Positions 43,239-53,588 of a stretch of DNA of 64,000 nucleotides are shown here, piece by piece. Within the stretch, counting starts at the first letter, position 1, and every line of letters begins with the position of its first letter. The notes below the pieces were generated by a model. That model saw only the letters and a list, made by a program, of their open reading frames with translations. It searched no databases and was not told the origin of the DNA. The stretch is from Candidatus Binatia bacterium (GTDB taxonomy: Bacteria; Desulfobacterota; Binatia; Bin18). The position numbers and the translations under genes were made by a program. Location of the stretch: NCBI GenBank assembly GCA_963664395.2, contig OY761159.2:4192001-4256000 (forward strand), given 5' to 3'.

Positions 43239-43643
43239 GTGAAGGGGCACGCCCGACAATTTATGGCGGCAAACGATGTGGTTGTCTCCCCTCAGACGAC
43301 CTTGGCCGAGGCTACGCGTCAACTCGCTCGGTTGGACATTACGGGTCTGCCAGTCACCGATGCGCACGGACGTGTTGTTGGCATCATCACCGAAAGCGAC
43401 ATGCTCAATTCATTTCTTGCCCAGCGCTCCAACGACGTGACTGTGGAAACACTGATGACGGAACATGTGATAACCGTCGACGAATTCACCCCCGCAGATC
43501 AGGTCCTCACAATCTTACGAGAAGAGAAAATCCATCACCTGCCTGTGGTTCGCCAAGGCATTGTCGTTGGTTTGATCACCCCGCAGAGTGTACTCCACTA
43601 CATTGTCGCGCATGAGTTCCCCTCGCCCCTAGACGTAGCATAG
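43239..43643 (+). CDS. Stand-alone CBS-pair protein
   Basis: GLPVTD...VVGIITESD and HHLPVV...VVGLIT; GGAGG RBS before GTG 43239. Confidence 0.9.
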   Translation: MKGHARQFMAANDVVVSPQTTLAEATRQLARLDITGLPVTDAHGRVVGIITESDMLNSFLAQRSNDVTVETLMTEHVITVDEFTPADQVLTILREEKIHHLPVVRQGIVVGLITPQSVLHYIVAHEFPSPLDVA

Positions 43644-43661
43644 TTGATTTTTATCGCAGTG

Positions 43662-45395
43662 ATGGATTTCCTTCCGACAGACCCGGTCAAAATCTGGACA
43701 TTCATCATCGTTGGTCTCTCGTTTGCGCTCTATATCGGTATCGCCTGGCGCGCCAAGGCCGAGTCAACGAGCGACTTTTATGTTGCCGGCTCACGGGTCG
43801 GTGCTCTTGCTAACGGCATGGCGACCGCCGCGGGTTGGATGAGTGCCGCCTCGTTTATCTCGATGGCGGGCATGATGTCCTTCCTGGGGCGTGACGGGGC
43901 GATGTATCTGATGGGCTGGACGGGCGGGTATGTGCTCTTGGCCCTGTTGCTCGCTCCGTATTTGCGGAAGTTCGGTAAGTATACCGTGCCGGACTTCGTG
44001 GGCGAACGTTATTATTCGCAGACCGCTCGGGTCGTTGCTCTCACCTGCGCCATCTTTGTCTCGTTTACATACGTGGCTGGTCAGATGCGGGGCGTTGGGG
44101 TCGTGTTTGCCCGTTTTTTGGAAGTCCCGGTTGAATTGGGCGTGATCATCGGCATGGCCATCGTCTTTATCTACGCCGTGACCGGTGGCCAAAAAGGCAT
44201 CACCTATACGCAGGTCGCCCAATACTGTGTGCTGATCTTTGCCTATATGCTGCCAACTTTTTTTATTTCTCTGTTGATGACCGATACGCTGCTGCCCCAA
44301 ATTGGCTTCGGCGCGGAACTGACAACGGAGCCGGGAATTTCTCTGCTGGATAAGCTTGACGGCTTAAGTCAGGAACTTGGTTTTGCGGCCTATACCGGTC
44401 GGGGGAGTAAAACGATTATCGATGTCTTTTTTATTACCCTCTCCCTGATGGTCGGGACTGCCGGTCTGCCGCATGTCATCACCCGCTTTTTTACTGTTCC
44501 GAGAGTGAAAGATGCGCGGCTCTCAGCCGGCTACGCCCTGTTGTTTATTGTCATCCTGTACGCGACCGCCCCTGCGGTTGCCGCGTTTGCCCGCACCAAT
44601 CTCTTAACCACCGTCCACAACGCAGAATACGCCCGTGTGCCTGACTGGTTCTCAAAATGGGAAGAAACCGGCCTGATTCGTTTTTCCGATAAGAACCGGG
44701 ATGGCCGGATTCAGTATTATGACGATCAAAATCCGGCCTTTGCCGAGCGCGCCACAGCGCAAGGCTGGCAGGGAAACGAGTTATACATCGACCGCGATAT
44801 TATCGTGCTCGCCAATCCTGAAATTGCCCAACTGCCGGCTTGGATCATCGCCTTAGTTGCGGCTGGAGGTCTGGCGGCCGCCCTGTCTACTGCCGCCGGC
44901 TTGCTGCTTGTCCTGTCGATGTCGGTCTCACACGATCTGATGAAAAATGTGCTGTGCCCGGACATCACCGAGCAGCAAGAGCTCCGCTATGCACGTCTGG
45001 CCGCGGCTGGAGCGGTGATCATCGCCGGCTATTTCGGCATTCATCCGCCGGGGTTTGTCGCCCAAGTGGTGGCTTTTGCTTTCGGCCTGGCCGCTTCGAG
45101 CTTCTTTCCGGTTATTGTCCTGGGGATTTTCTCTAAACGTATGAACCGAGCCGGGGCGATTGCCGGGATGATCTGCGGCATGAGTTTTACCACCGCCTAT
45201 ATTGTCTATTTCAAGTTTATCAGCCCTGAAGCCAATACGGCCGAGTACTGGCTATGGGGCATCTCGCCCGAAGGCATTGGCGGGGTTGGTATGTTGCTCA
45301 ACTTTGGCGTTGCGCTTGTACTGTCCTCGTTCACCAGCCCGCCACCAACTGCGGTCCAAGACATGGTTGAGGAAATCCGTATCCCGCGCCATTAG
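43662..45395 (+). CDS. Sodium:solute symporter, ActP-like cation/acetate symporter
   Basis: WMSAASF, GWTGGY, YVAGQMRGVG, GTAGLPHV, AAALSTAAGLLL; many TM segments. Confidence 0.9.
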   Translation: MDFLPTDPVKIWTFIIVGLSFALYIGIAWRAKAESTSDFYVAGSRVGALANGMATAAGWMSAASFISMAGMMSFLGRDGAMYLMGWTGGYVLLALLLAPYLRKFGKYTVPDFVGERYYSQTARVVALTCAIFVSFTYVAGQMRGVGVVFARFLEVPVELGVIIGMAIVFIYAVTGGQKGITYTQVAQYCVLIFAYMLPTFFISLLMTDTLLPQIGFGAELTTEPGISLLDKLDGLSQELGFAAYTGRGSKTIIDVFFITLSLMVGTAGLPHVITRFFTVPRVKDARLSAGYALLFIVILYATAPAVAAFARTNLLTTVHNAEYARVPDWFSKWEETGLIRFSDKNRDGRIQYYDDQNPAFAERATAQGWQGNELYIDRDIIVLANPEIAQLPAWIIALVAAGGLAAALSTAAGLLLVLSMSVSHDLMKNVLCPDITEQQELRYARLAAAGAVIIAGYFGIHPPGFVAQVVAFAFGLAASSFFPVIVLGIFSKRMNRAGAIAGMICGMSFTTAYIVYFKFISPEANTAEYWLWGISPEGIGGVGMLLNFGVALVLSSFTSPPPTAVQDMVEEIRIPRH

Positions 45396-45586
45396 CGGTT
45401 CATGGTGATTTTATTGAGGTGAAAATAGGACAGAACGAAGGGCTTATCTCTTATATGCTTACCTTCTTAATCAATCCTATGAGTGCGAAGATGCCAACGA
45501 CATTAGGGTTTTTTCCTTAATATCCGATGTCTTAGACACTGGCTTATTCTCCTACTGGAGGCGTTTGGTTATCTCCTGAAAATTCC

Positions 45587-46079
45587 TCACTGCTTTACAC
45601 CATACTTTGTCTTGAGCGACTGCACCAAGAAACTCGCGTCATATGTCATTCCTCTGGACCTGCGGCCTTTGATGAGAACAGACAATGGTATTTGTGACAG
45701 TTGGCGAGGCCCCCTCGATGTAGTCTTCTGACTCGGTGATGATGAAATACGCGAATCCATGCGCTAAGGCGAGTTCGGCGGAGCGGAGCAGTACAAAATC
45801 TGTGACTCGCTCGCGGCTCGTATATTCATTGCCCTTAAACGTCACTCGGAATGTCTGAGGATCAAGTTGGACCTCGGAGAATCCTCCGATAAACCCTTGC
45901 TGTATCTCACTAGGAAGAAAGGTCCCGACTAGAAACGAACCAACTCCAGAGGATCCTCCTGCCTGCTTCTGATAGCTGGTGGAACACCCAACAAAGAGGA
46001 CCAAACAGAGCGCATAGAGATACAAATTCTTTTGAAACGTTATGGTTGGTTGCCTTCCTGTCCATTCAAGACGATTCAT
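45587..46079 (-). pseudogene. Lipoprotein gene with a +1 frameshift near its C-terminus
   Basis: LFVGC lipobox, FRVTFKGNEYT, LLRSAELALAHGFAYF; ORF stops at 45639 but the +1 frame continues GMTYDASFLVQSLKTKYGVKQ to a stop at 45587. Confidence 0.65.
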
Positions 46080-46159
46080 ATGACGAATATCAGTCTATGG
46101 ATTTCTTTGGAGACCTACAAGCGTTTGGGAAATGAAGGATTGGCAAGTCGAAAGAAATG

Positions 46160-46232
<73 letters not shown>

Positions 46233-46432
46233 ACATAATGGGGCATCCTCTTAGCAGTTAATCCGGTTTCTTGGCAAGCCCGGTTGCGGGTGCGCACGGG
46301 GTGAGGCGCGAACCGTTGACGCTGATGAGTCGGTGATGATAGCGCGTGGGGGGGGGAGGCAGACGATTTGACCACTGGCGGGCGGTGATCAACGTCCAGT
46401 GAGAGTGACGTTGGGCGGGGAGGGACGCAGCA

Positions 46433-47104
46433 ATGTCGGGGAGACGAGACGCAGGACACAACACGCCACTGATATCCGTGATCCTGCCGACTTTTGATCG
46501 AGTGGATTTATTGCCGCGGAGCATCGCATCGGTGCTGGCCCAGACGTTCACGGACTGGGAGCTGATCGTTATCGACGATGGCAGCACCGATAATACGGCC
46601 GACGTTGTCGCGGCGTGGCAGCAACGGTCCGACCGGATTCGCTATGTCCGACAGACAAATCAGGGGGTTGGGGCCGCGCGCAACCGTGGCGTTGCGGAAG
46701 CCCGTGGAGAGTACATCGCCTGTCTCGATAGTGATGACGAATATCTTCCCACCCATTTGGAGACGCGGCTTGAACTGTTACGGCGGCATGACCTTGATTT
46801 GATACAAGGCGGCGTCCAGGTTGACGGCAAGCAGTGGGTCGTCGACTTCTTTAATCCGACGCAGCTCATCCGCATAGCCGAGTGTGTCATCGGCGGGACG
46901 CTGTTCGGGAAGCGTACGGTCTTTATCGAGCTGGGCGGATTTTGTGACCTGAACTATGGAGAAGATCTTGACCTCTGGAAGCGGGCCCAAAAAGAGTTTA
47001 AGGCCGAGACCTTTGGCGAACCAGCGACCTATATCCTGCACGAAACACCCAATAGTCTGCGCATGGTCCGGTTCGAGGAGTGGGCTGCCCGGCAATCTGA
47101 ATAG
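46433..47104 (+). CDS. Glycosyltransferase family 2 protein
   Basis: ISVILPTF, IDDGSTD, ARNRG, LDSDD. Confidence 0.93.
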   Translation: MSGRRDAGHNTPLISVILPTFDRVDLLPRSIASVLAQTFTDWELIVIDDGSTDNTADVVAAWQQRSDRIRYVRQTNQGVGAARNRGVAEARGEYIACLDSDDEYLPTHLETRLELLRRHDLDLIQGGVQVDGKQWVVDFFNPTQLIRIAECVIGGTLFGKRTVFIELGGFCDLNYGEDLDLWKRAQKEFKAETFGEPATYILHETPNSLRMVRFEEWAARQSE

Positions 47105-47143
47105 CCCGCTGACACGGTTGCTGCGTGGCCCTGGGCGTGCTGG

Positions 47144-47866
47144 TTATGGCTGGATAGCCTCTGCGGCTGAGATGCGGTCTCTCAGGCAATACACCCCCAG
47201 ATAAAACAGGGGCGTGTCGAGCAGGGCAAAGACGAGCTTGAAGGCATACGAGGACAGCGCCAGCGGAATGAGTTTGTCTATCGAATCAACGGCTGAACCG
47301 AGCGCGCCGGAAGCATATAGAATTGACGAGATGAGAAATGTATCCACGATTTGGCTGAGCATAGTCGAGCCATTATTGCGCAGCCACAAATGGCGTCCCT
47401 TGGTGAGTTGTCGCCAGAAATGGAAGAGCTGTACATCAACGGACTGCGCGACGAGATAGGCAATCATAGAGGCGATGACGCCCGGCTTCATAAAGGCGTA
47501 CACCGTGTCAAACGTTGCTGCCGCCCCTGATACGCCTGAGGCATCCGGCAATACATGGCCACACCACATCAGGAAAAGCATGAAAAAATTCATACAAAAC
47601 CCCACCCAGACGATGGACTGCGCCCGCCGCCGGCCGTAGAGTTCGCTGATCAGGTCGGTGGCCAAAAAGGTAAATGGATACGCCAGCAGCCCCGCCGGAA
47701 TCACAAACCAGCCAAGATCAACAAACTTCGTAATACCGACAACATTACCCAAGGTGAGCGAGGTCAGAAAAATCCCAACCAGAAAAGAATAGAAGACCTC
47801 GCGGGCATGCGGCGACCAGGCCCGCCCCGTAGTCGCGTGGGCCGTCGTGTGGACGTTGTGCGGCAT
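47144..47866 (-). CDS. yhhQ: Queuosine precursor transporter (YhhQ/VUT family)
   Basis: YPFTFLATDLISELYG, ASMIAYLVAQSVD, HLWLRNNGSTMLSQIVDT. Confidence 0.9.
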   Translation of the reverse strand: MPHNVHTTAHATTGRAWSPHAREVFYSFLVGIFLTSLTLGNVVGITKFVDLGWFVIPAGLLAYPFTFLATDLISELYGRRRAQSIVWVGFCMNFFMLFLMWCGHVLPDASGVSGAAATFDTVYAFMKPGVIASMIAYLVAQSVDVQLFHFWRQLTKGRHLWLRNNGSTMLSQIVDTFLISSILYASGALGSAVDSIDKLIPLALSSYAFKLVFALLDTPLFYLGVYCLRDRISAAEAIQP

Positions 47867-47876
47867 CGGATGTCCG

Positions 47877-48848
47877 TTACGCCCTGGCCGGCTGCTGCTC
47901 TGCTACTCGTTGCTCGGCAAAATCAATGACCTGAGCTTCCAGACAGGCATGGTTGAGTTGATCAATTTCCTGCACGCCGGTTGGGCTGGTGACGTTGACC
48001 TCGGTCAGGTAGTCGCCAATGATGTCGAGCCCGACAAAATACAGCCCGTCTCTTTGGAGAAGCGGGGCGACTGTCCGACAGATTTCTTTATCCCGGTCTG
48101 TGATATCTGCCTTGACACAGGTTCCGCCAACATGGATATTGCCCCGATTTTCATCGGCCCGAGGAACCCGCAAGGTACAGCCAATGGGTTCGCCGTTCAG
48201 GGCGATGAGACGCTTATCCCCCTGGCGGACTTCCGGAATATACTGCTGGGCAATGATGGCCGTACGCCCTTCCTGGGTCATGGTTTCGAGGATGGAGTTC
48301 AGATTCCGATCATCCTTGCGGACATAAAAAATGCCTGCCCCGCCATGTCCGTCTATGGGTTTGATAATCATCTCTCCGCCCAACTCATCAAGAAAGGCTT
48401 TGAGCCGCTCGGCGTCGTGGGTGATCAAGGTGGCGGGGATGACGCTGGGAAAATTGAGGGCGTACAGTTTTTCATTTGCCGCGCGCAGGCCGGCCGGGCG
48501 GTTGAGGACAAGCGCGCCTTCATTCCGGGCCAAGTCGAGCAGTTGGGTCGCGTGCAGATAGGCAATATCAAAGGGAGGATCTTTGCGCATGAAAATCGCG
48601 TCAAAATCACCCAATGGGCCAGTGTGTTCTTGGCCAAATGTAAAATGGTTATTCGACTCTCGGCGCAGCTCAATCCGGCGTGCCCGGCCCATGGCCCGCG
48701 CGCGTTCAATAAACAAGTCAGACATTTCCAGATACCAGACTTCATGGCCACGTGTCTGTGCTTCAAGCATAAAAACAAAGGTCGTGTCTTTGTCGATTAA
48801 GACGTGTTGAATCGGGTCCATAATAAAGGCGAAACGTAATCGACTCAT
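47877..48848 (-). CDS. gshB: Glutathione synthetase
   Basis: FIMDPI, KDTT, MRKDPPFD, NEKL, GDKR, RGNIHVGG, TEVNVTSPTG. Confidence 0.96.
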   Translation of the reverse strand: MSRLRFAFIMDPIQHVLIDKDTTFVFMLEAQTRGHEVWYLEMSDLFIERARAMGRARRIELRRESNNHFTFGQEHTGPLGDFDAIFMRKDPPFDIAYLHATQLLDLARNEGALVLNRPAGLRAANEKLYALNFPSVIPATLITHDAERLKAFLDELGGEMIIKPIDGHGGAGIFYVRKDDRNLNSILETMTQEGRTAIIAQQYIPEVRQGDKRLIALNGEPIGCTLRVPRADENRGNIHVGGTCVKADITDRDKEICRTVAPLLQRDGLYFVGLDIIGDYLTEVNVTSPTGVQEIDQLNHACLEAQVIDFAEQRVAEQQPARA

Positions 48849-48967
48849 GCTGCCTCCTCTTAGACTGCGCGTATTCGCGCGCTCACCGTACCCAAGACCG
48901 GAGAGGGATCAGAGAGGGAACGGAGAAGGATTTTTTCTGCCCGCGGCATGCTAGGGAGTCGTACCGT

Positions 48968-49717
48968 TTAAGGCAAGGGGGGAAATTGGATATCACGCCA
49001 CAGGAACTGGCTCAGGGCGACAGCAGTCATACTCGCCGTCTCCGCCCGGAGGACCGAAGCGCCTAAACTGACCGACACACAGCCGACCGCCTTGGCCTGC
49101 TCAATTTCTTCGGGAGCAAAGCCGCCTTCCGGACCAACAAGAATATGGAGGGCATCGAATTGAGAGGCGTTTCGGGCAAAGAGCCTGAGGTGCAGGGCGC
49201 GCTCTTGTTCCGAGAAAACAATCTTGCCTGCATGAGGAGGGATGGAGTGCAATAGATTGGGAAAGGACTGCGGAGAACGAATCTCCGGTGGCAGGTTGCC
49301 CGACTGTTTTGCCGCGGCACGAGCGATGTGCTGCCACCGGGCGACTCGTTCAGCCTGTTTGCCGGCGGGAGTACGGGCAACCGTACGGGCCGAGACAAAT
49401 GGCGCAATGGTGTGAACGCCAAGCTCGGTGGCTTTTTCAATCACCAAGTCCATTTTGCGTCCCTTGAGCAGGCTCTGAGCAAGTGTCAGGTGAAAGGCGG
49501 GCGTTGCGGGTGGGGCGTGGTGCGTAAGTGCGACCTCAGCATATTCCGGTCCGATATGGAGAATCTCACCCTGATACGTGGCTCCTCGTTCATCGTACAG
49601 GCTGACTCGCGCGCCGGTATCGAGCCGCAGGACGTGCCGCAGGTGATGAAATTCAGTCCCGCTGAGCTGAGCCCGGTCTTGGATGATGGCCTGGGATGAG
49701 ATGAAGAAGCGTCGCAT
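48968..49717 (-). CDS. rsmE: 16S rRNA m3U1498 methyltransferase
   Basis: HLRHVLR, EKATELGV, VGPEGGF, VLRAETA. Confidence 0.95.
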   Translation of the reverse strand: MRRFFISSQAIIQDRAQLSGTEFHHLRHVLRLDTGARVSLYDERGATYQGEILHIGPEYAEVALTHHAPPATPAFHLTLAQSLLKGRKMDLVIEKATELGVHTIAPFVSARTVARTPAGKQAERVARWQHIARAAAKQSGNLPPEIRSPQSFPNLLHSIPPHAGKIVFSEQERALHLRLFARNASQFDALHILVGPEGGFAPEEIEQAKAVGCVSVSLGASVLRAETASMTAVALSQFLWRDIQFPPLP

Positions 49718-49726
49718 ATGTCGGGC

Positions 49727-50626
49727 TTAGTTCCGACGTAAGACCAGCGTTGTCCAGTCTTCTTTGGGTCGGTGTTCTAGCAGAGTCCAGTGCGGCGTAC
49801 TGAAGGCCTCAAGTACGACCTCGGCCTGGTCGCTCTGGATACCGGATAGGATTGCATGTCCTGCGCGTGTGAGTGCCTGAGTGATTGCAGGACAGAGTGC
49901 AATCAGCGTTGAGGCAAAGAGATTGGCCACGACCAATTGAAAAGGCGCTGGGAGTTCGTTGAGGCGAGCAGCGCTGATATGTAAGGCGGTCGCTACACCG
50001 TTTACCGCCGCGTTCTTCTTCGCTTCTTCGAGCGCGGCAGGATCAATATCTGTCGCCCAAATTGAAGGAGTCCCCAGCTTGGCTAATGCAATGGCCAGGA
50101 TACCAGACCCGGTACCCAGGTCCAGGGCACGCTCTGGAGGACCATTGGTGGCGCACAGCGCCTCGATCGCTTCCAGACAGGTTTGTGTGGTCGCGTGATG
50201 ACCGGTGCCGAACGCCATGCTGGGATTAATCTCAATAATATGCCGCTCCGATTGCTCCGACCGTACCTCCCAGGGTGGCAGGATAAGCAACTGGTGTCCA
50301 ACGGGGAGGGGCGGAAAGTGAGTTTTCCATTGCTCCTGCCAGGCATCGCTGCTGATGACCTGACACTCAGGAACACTGGCAACCAGGGCGGGATACTCAG
50401 CGGCGATACTCCGGAGATATTTCATGAGACTTGCCCGCATCGCCGCGGCGTCCTGGTCTGCGGAAAAAAAGCCTTGAACAATCGTCTGTGCCGGCGGTGG
50501 CGTGTCTGGTTTCCACTCTCCCTCAGCAATGCCGATTGAGCCGAGTTCGACCAGAAAATGGGAGACGACCTCAACCGCCTCAGTGGGGACGGACACCGCA
50601 ACACGCAGCCATCGTTCTGCGGCCAT
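49727..50626 (-). CDS. prmA: Ribosomal protein L11 methyltransferase
   Basis: PSMAFGTGHHATT, LDLGTGSGILAI, VVAN, ILSGI; upstream of rsmE. Confidence 0.95.
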   Translation of the reverse strand: MAAERWLRVAVSVPTEAVEVVSHFLVELGSIGIAEGEWKPDTPPPAQTIVQGFFSADQDAAAMRASLMKYLRSIAAEYPALVASVPECQVISSDAWQEQWKTHFPPLPVGHQLLILPPWEVRSEQSERHIIEINPSMAFGTGHHATTQTCLEAIEALCATNGPPERALDLGTGSGILAIALAKLGTPSIWATDIDPAALEEAKKNAAVNGVATALHISAARLNELPAPFQLVVANLFASTLIALCPAITQALTRAGHAILSGIQSDQAEVVLEAFSTPHWTLLEHRPKEDWTTLVLRRN

Positions 50627-50685
50627 AACTCATGCACTCAAATGAGTAAACGTGCCAACATCTGCCTGGCTAGTGGCGGGCGCGT

Positions 50686-53298
50686 TTACTCATTTTGGCC
50701 AACAATAACCAGGGTCTGCTCGGTTGGATTGAGATAGGTATTGGCAACGCGTTGCAGGTCTGTATCCGTCACTTGTCTGATATGGTCCAAATATGCCCGC
50801 CCATGAGTATGACCGAGACCATACAGTTCATTGAAAGCCAATTCTTCAGATTGGGCGGCATTTGATTGCAATGATATCTCATAGCTGCCGGTCATATATT
50901 TCTTGGCCCGCTCAAGCTCATCAGAGGTTACTTTCTCTTGGCGTATGCGTTCGAGCTCCGCTTGTGTTGCGCCTATCGCTTCGTCTACGCGGCTTGGGTC
51001 AGTGCCCAAGTACACACCGAACACACCGGGGGCGAGGCCTTCAACATTGAACGCGGTCACAGAATAGGCCAGGGCGCGCTGTTCACGCACCTCATAGAAC
51101 AGCCGTCCCCCTTGGCGAGACAGGATGGTATCCAAGACTTTCAGCGCATACCGGTCTGGATTATCAAGGGTGACGCCTTGAAAGCCCAATACCACATGGG
51201 CTTGTTGTTTCTCCGCACTTTTGACTACGGTCCGAACACCGCTCGGGCGGGGCTCTGGCGCCGGAGCGGTGGGCGGCGTGACTGCGGGCAAGGTGGACAA
51301 TCCAGCACTCAGGCGGTCAATCAGTTGCGTCGTCTCAACGTCGCCAACAACACTCAGAACCAGGCGTTCAGGGTCGAGTAGCGTTTTGTAGTACGTGGCA
51401 ACCTGCTCTTGCGTCATGGTGCTGATGCTGGCCACACTGCCGAGGGTCAGCAGGCGATAGGGATGCGTCTGGTACAAGGTCTGGTAAAACAAATCAAAAG
51501 CAATCTGAGCGAGGTCATCTTCACGGTTCTTGAGCGCCAGCAAAATCTCGCGCCGCCGTTTTTCCACCTCATCGGCTGGAAAAGTGGGGTGGAGTAAGGT
51601 CTCAAGGAAAATATCTATGCCTTCATTTGCGTGGGTCGTGAGAAACGAGCCCGATAAGCCCAAACTATTACGTCCGGAAAATCCGTTTAACCCACCCGCA
51701 AGCGACTCAACCGCTTCCGCCAGGCTGAAGCGTGAGAACTGCTGGCTGCCACGAGTGAGCATGCCGGCAACAAAATTGCTGATGCCGGCGGTGTGTTCGT
51801 TTTCGAACAACAGGCCGCCGAGCGTTACGGCTTGGACCGCTATGACCGGGACATCGTGGTGTTCCTTCACCAGCAGACGAACGCCATTATCGAGGCGGGT
51901 GGCTGTCACCGCGCTGCCGTTCGTGGCCGGTGTCTGCGCTGGTGCGCTGGTCTTGCTGACCGGCTGGTCGAACCGCTGGCACAATTGTGTGATGTCCTCG
52001 GCGGTCGGGATGCTGGCTTCCTGCGTCTTTCCCAGGATGACGACATTTAACCTTGCGGGAGAGAGATAGTGGCGCGCGACGCGCTGAATGTCCTGGGGCG
52101 TAACAGCAGCCAGACCCTTGAGATAGCGTTGCTCGTAGTCGGGGTCGGAGAAGACGGTGAGAAAATACCCCAGTTGGCGGGCTTGGCCTTGGACAGTTTC
52201 CCGCCGATAGACAAAATCACTCGCTAAATTCGTTCGGGCCCGGTCGAGTTCTGCCTGGGTCACACGCGTATGCTTGTACTGAAAGAGCAGGGCCAGACTC
52301 TGTTCAAGTGCTTGCTGAATCTTTTCTTGTTCCAGTGCCGCCGCCACGATGAATAAACCCGAGTCGGCTGGCGTGTAGGCACTGGCTGTGATCCAGTTGA
52401 CCAATTCCTGTTCTGCTTGGAGCTTTTGGATCAGTACCGAGCTTTCTCCGCCACCCACGACAAAGCTGAGGAGATCGAGTGCAAAAATATCCTCATGTTC
52501 AGCTGGCGGGAGAGGGAATGCCATATAGAGGTATACTTCCTCCACGTTCATATCCACGACGGAGAGGCGCAGCTCGGTCTGGGCCGGTTCGGACGGACGG
52601 GGACGGACGGGGAGTTGGGCCAAGGGTTTGTGGTCAAACAGCCGCAGCACTTCTTGTCGGGCTTTTTCCCGGTCAAGGTCCCCAACGATTACCACCGTCA
52701 TATTATTGGGGTGGTACCAGCGTTGGTAGAAATGCACGACGCGCTCACGGTTCAGCGCCTCAATGGTTGCGCGATAGCCAATAACCGGGCGGCCGTACGG
52801 GTGGTGCTTATAGACAACTTCAAACAGTTCGGTTGCTGCTCGGGTGGTGGGTGAATCCTCGCCGCGCTTCCATTCTTCCATCACGACTTGGAGTTCTTTG
52901 TCCAGTTCGTGGGGATCAAAAGTCGAGTTCTGGATGGCATCGGTCAGAATATCGAGCCCGTCTGAAAAATGCCGAGAGGCAAGGACGATGTGGTAGACGG
53001 TGTGATCCGCGGTGGTAAACGCATTAATGCTGCCGCCGGAGGATTCGATCTCAGTGGCAATAGCGCCGACCGGACGACTCGGGGTGCCCTTAAAGAGCAT
53101 GTGCTCGTGGACATGGGCGGCACCGGCGACATCCGGGGTCTCATCCGCACTGCCGGCCTTGACCCATACCTGGATGGCAACGACGGGCGCAAAATGGTCT
53201 TCTTGAATGGCTACGCGAAGACCGTTTTCGAGAGTAAAAAGAAGACGGTCTGGATTCTGTTTTGGGTCGGTTGTGTGGTTGGACGGTACGTTCGACAT
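50686..53298 (-). CDS. M16 (pitrilysin-like) zinc peptidase with fused active and inactive halves
   Basis: LENGL, inverted zinc motif HVHEH, NAFT, HPYGRPVIG; second LDNGV repeat lacks HxxEH. Confidence 0.92.
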   Translation of the reverse strand: MSNVPSNHTTDPKQNPDRLLFTLENGLRVAIQEDHFAPVVAIQVWVKAGSADETPDVAGAAHVHEHMLFKGTPSRPVGAIATEIESSGGSINAFTTADHTVYHIVLASRHFSDGLDILTDAIQNSTFDPHELDKELQVVMEEWKRGEDSPTTRAATELFEVVYKHHPYGRPVIGYRATIEALNRERVVHFYQRWYHPNNMTVVIVGDLDREKARQEVLRLFDHKPLAQLPVRPRPSEPAQTELRLSVVDMNVEEVYLYMAFPLPPAEHEDIFALDLLSFVVGGGESSVLIQKLQAEQELVNWITASAYTPADSGLFIVAAALEQEKIQQALEQSLALLFQYKHTRVTQAELDRARTNLASDFVYRRETVQGQARQLGYFLTVFSDPDYEQRYLKGLAAVTPQDIQRVARHYLSPARLNVVILGKTQEASIPTAEDITQLCQRFDQPVSKTSAPAQTPATNGSAVTATRLDNGVRLLVKEHHDVPVIAVQAVTLGGLLFENEHTAGISNFVAGMLTRGSQQFSRFSLAEAVESLAGGLNGFSGRNSLGLSGSFLTTHANEGIDIFLETLLHPTFPADEVEKRRREILLALKNREDDLAQIAFDLFYQTLYQTHPYRLLTLGSVASISTMTQEQVATYYKTLLDPERLVLSVVGDVETTQLIDRLSAGLSTLPAVTPPTAPAPEPRPSGVRTVVKSAEKQQAHVVLGFQGVTLDNPDRYALKVLDTILSRQGGRLFYEVREQRALAYSVTAFNVEGLAPGVFGVYLGTDPSRVDEAIGATQAELERIRQEKVTSDELERAKKYMTGSYEISLQSNAAQSEELAFNELYGLGHTHGRAYLDHIRQVTDTDLQRVANTYLNPTEQTLVIVGQNE

Positions 53299-53358
53299 GG
53301 CCCTCCTGTGTTTCACACCCCCGGCAGGGAGTCAATGTTTATTGGAGCTGTAAGTGAG

Positions 53359-53388
53359 AAAAACAAAACGGGCAAGGAGTCTTGCCCG
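53359..53388 (-). terminator. Intrinsic terminator after tRNA-Leu
   Basis: Minus strand CGGGCAAG-actc-CTTGCCCG hairpin followed by TTTTGTTTTT. Confidence 0.8.
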
Positions 53389-53397
53389 CAAGGAGCA

Positions 53398-53481
53398 TGC
53401 AAGGAGGGGGACTTGAACCCCCATGGGTGTTACCCCACTAGTCCCTCAAACTAGCGCGTCTACCAGTTCCGCCATCCTCGC
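53398..53481 (-). tRNA. tRNA-Leu(GAG)
   Basis: GCGAGGATGGCGGAACTGGTAGACGCG, anticodon arm CTAGT-TTGAGGG-ACTAG, long variable arm, GGTTCAAGTCC; CCA not encoded. Confidence 0.96.
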
Positions 53482-53588
53482 GAAAACACGCCGCTCTCAC
53501 CATACAGAGATGATTGCGGACAGATATGATACCGCGCTCTTCCTGGCCGGTCTAGGGGGGCACGGGGGGTGTCCCTGTCCTGGAAACC

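Noticed and set aside
46348-46356. G9 tract upstream of the GT2 gene as a phase-variation switch
   Set aside because: It is non-coding and not clearly between promoter elements; there is no evidence of length variation without reads.
46320-46375. CTGATGAG as a hammerhead ribozyme core
   Set aside because: There is no correctly placed GAAA or supporting stems.
47866-47877. preQ1 riboswitch ahead of yhhQ
   Set aside because: Only 10 bp separate it from the gshB stop, leaving no room for an aptamer.
47847-48800. 317-aa plus-strand ORF and other long antisense ORFs (e.g. 7971-8630, 25411-26085, 27249-27923, 35070-35813)
   Set aside because: They are antisense shadows of well-supported genes and have no recognisable motifs.
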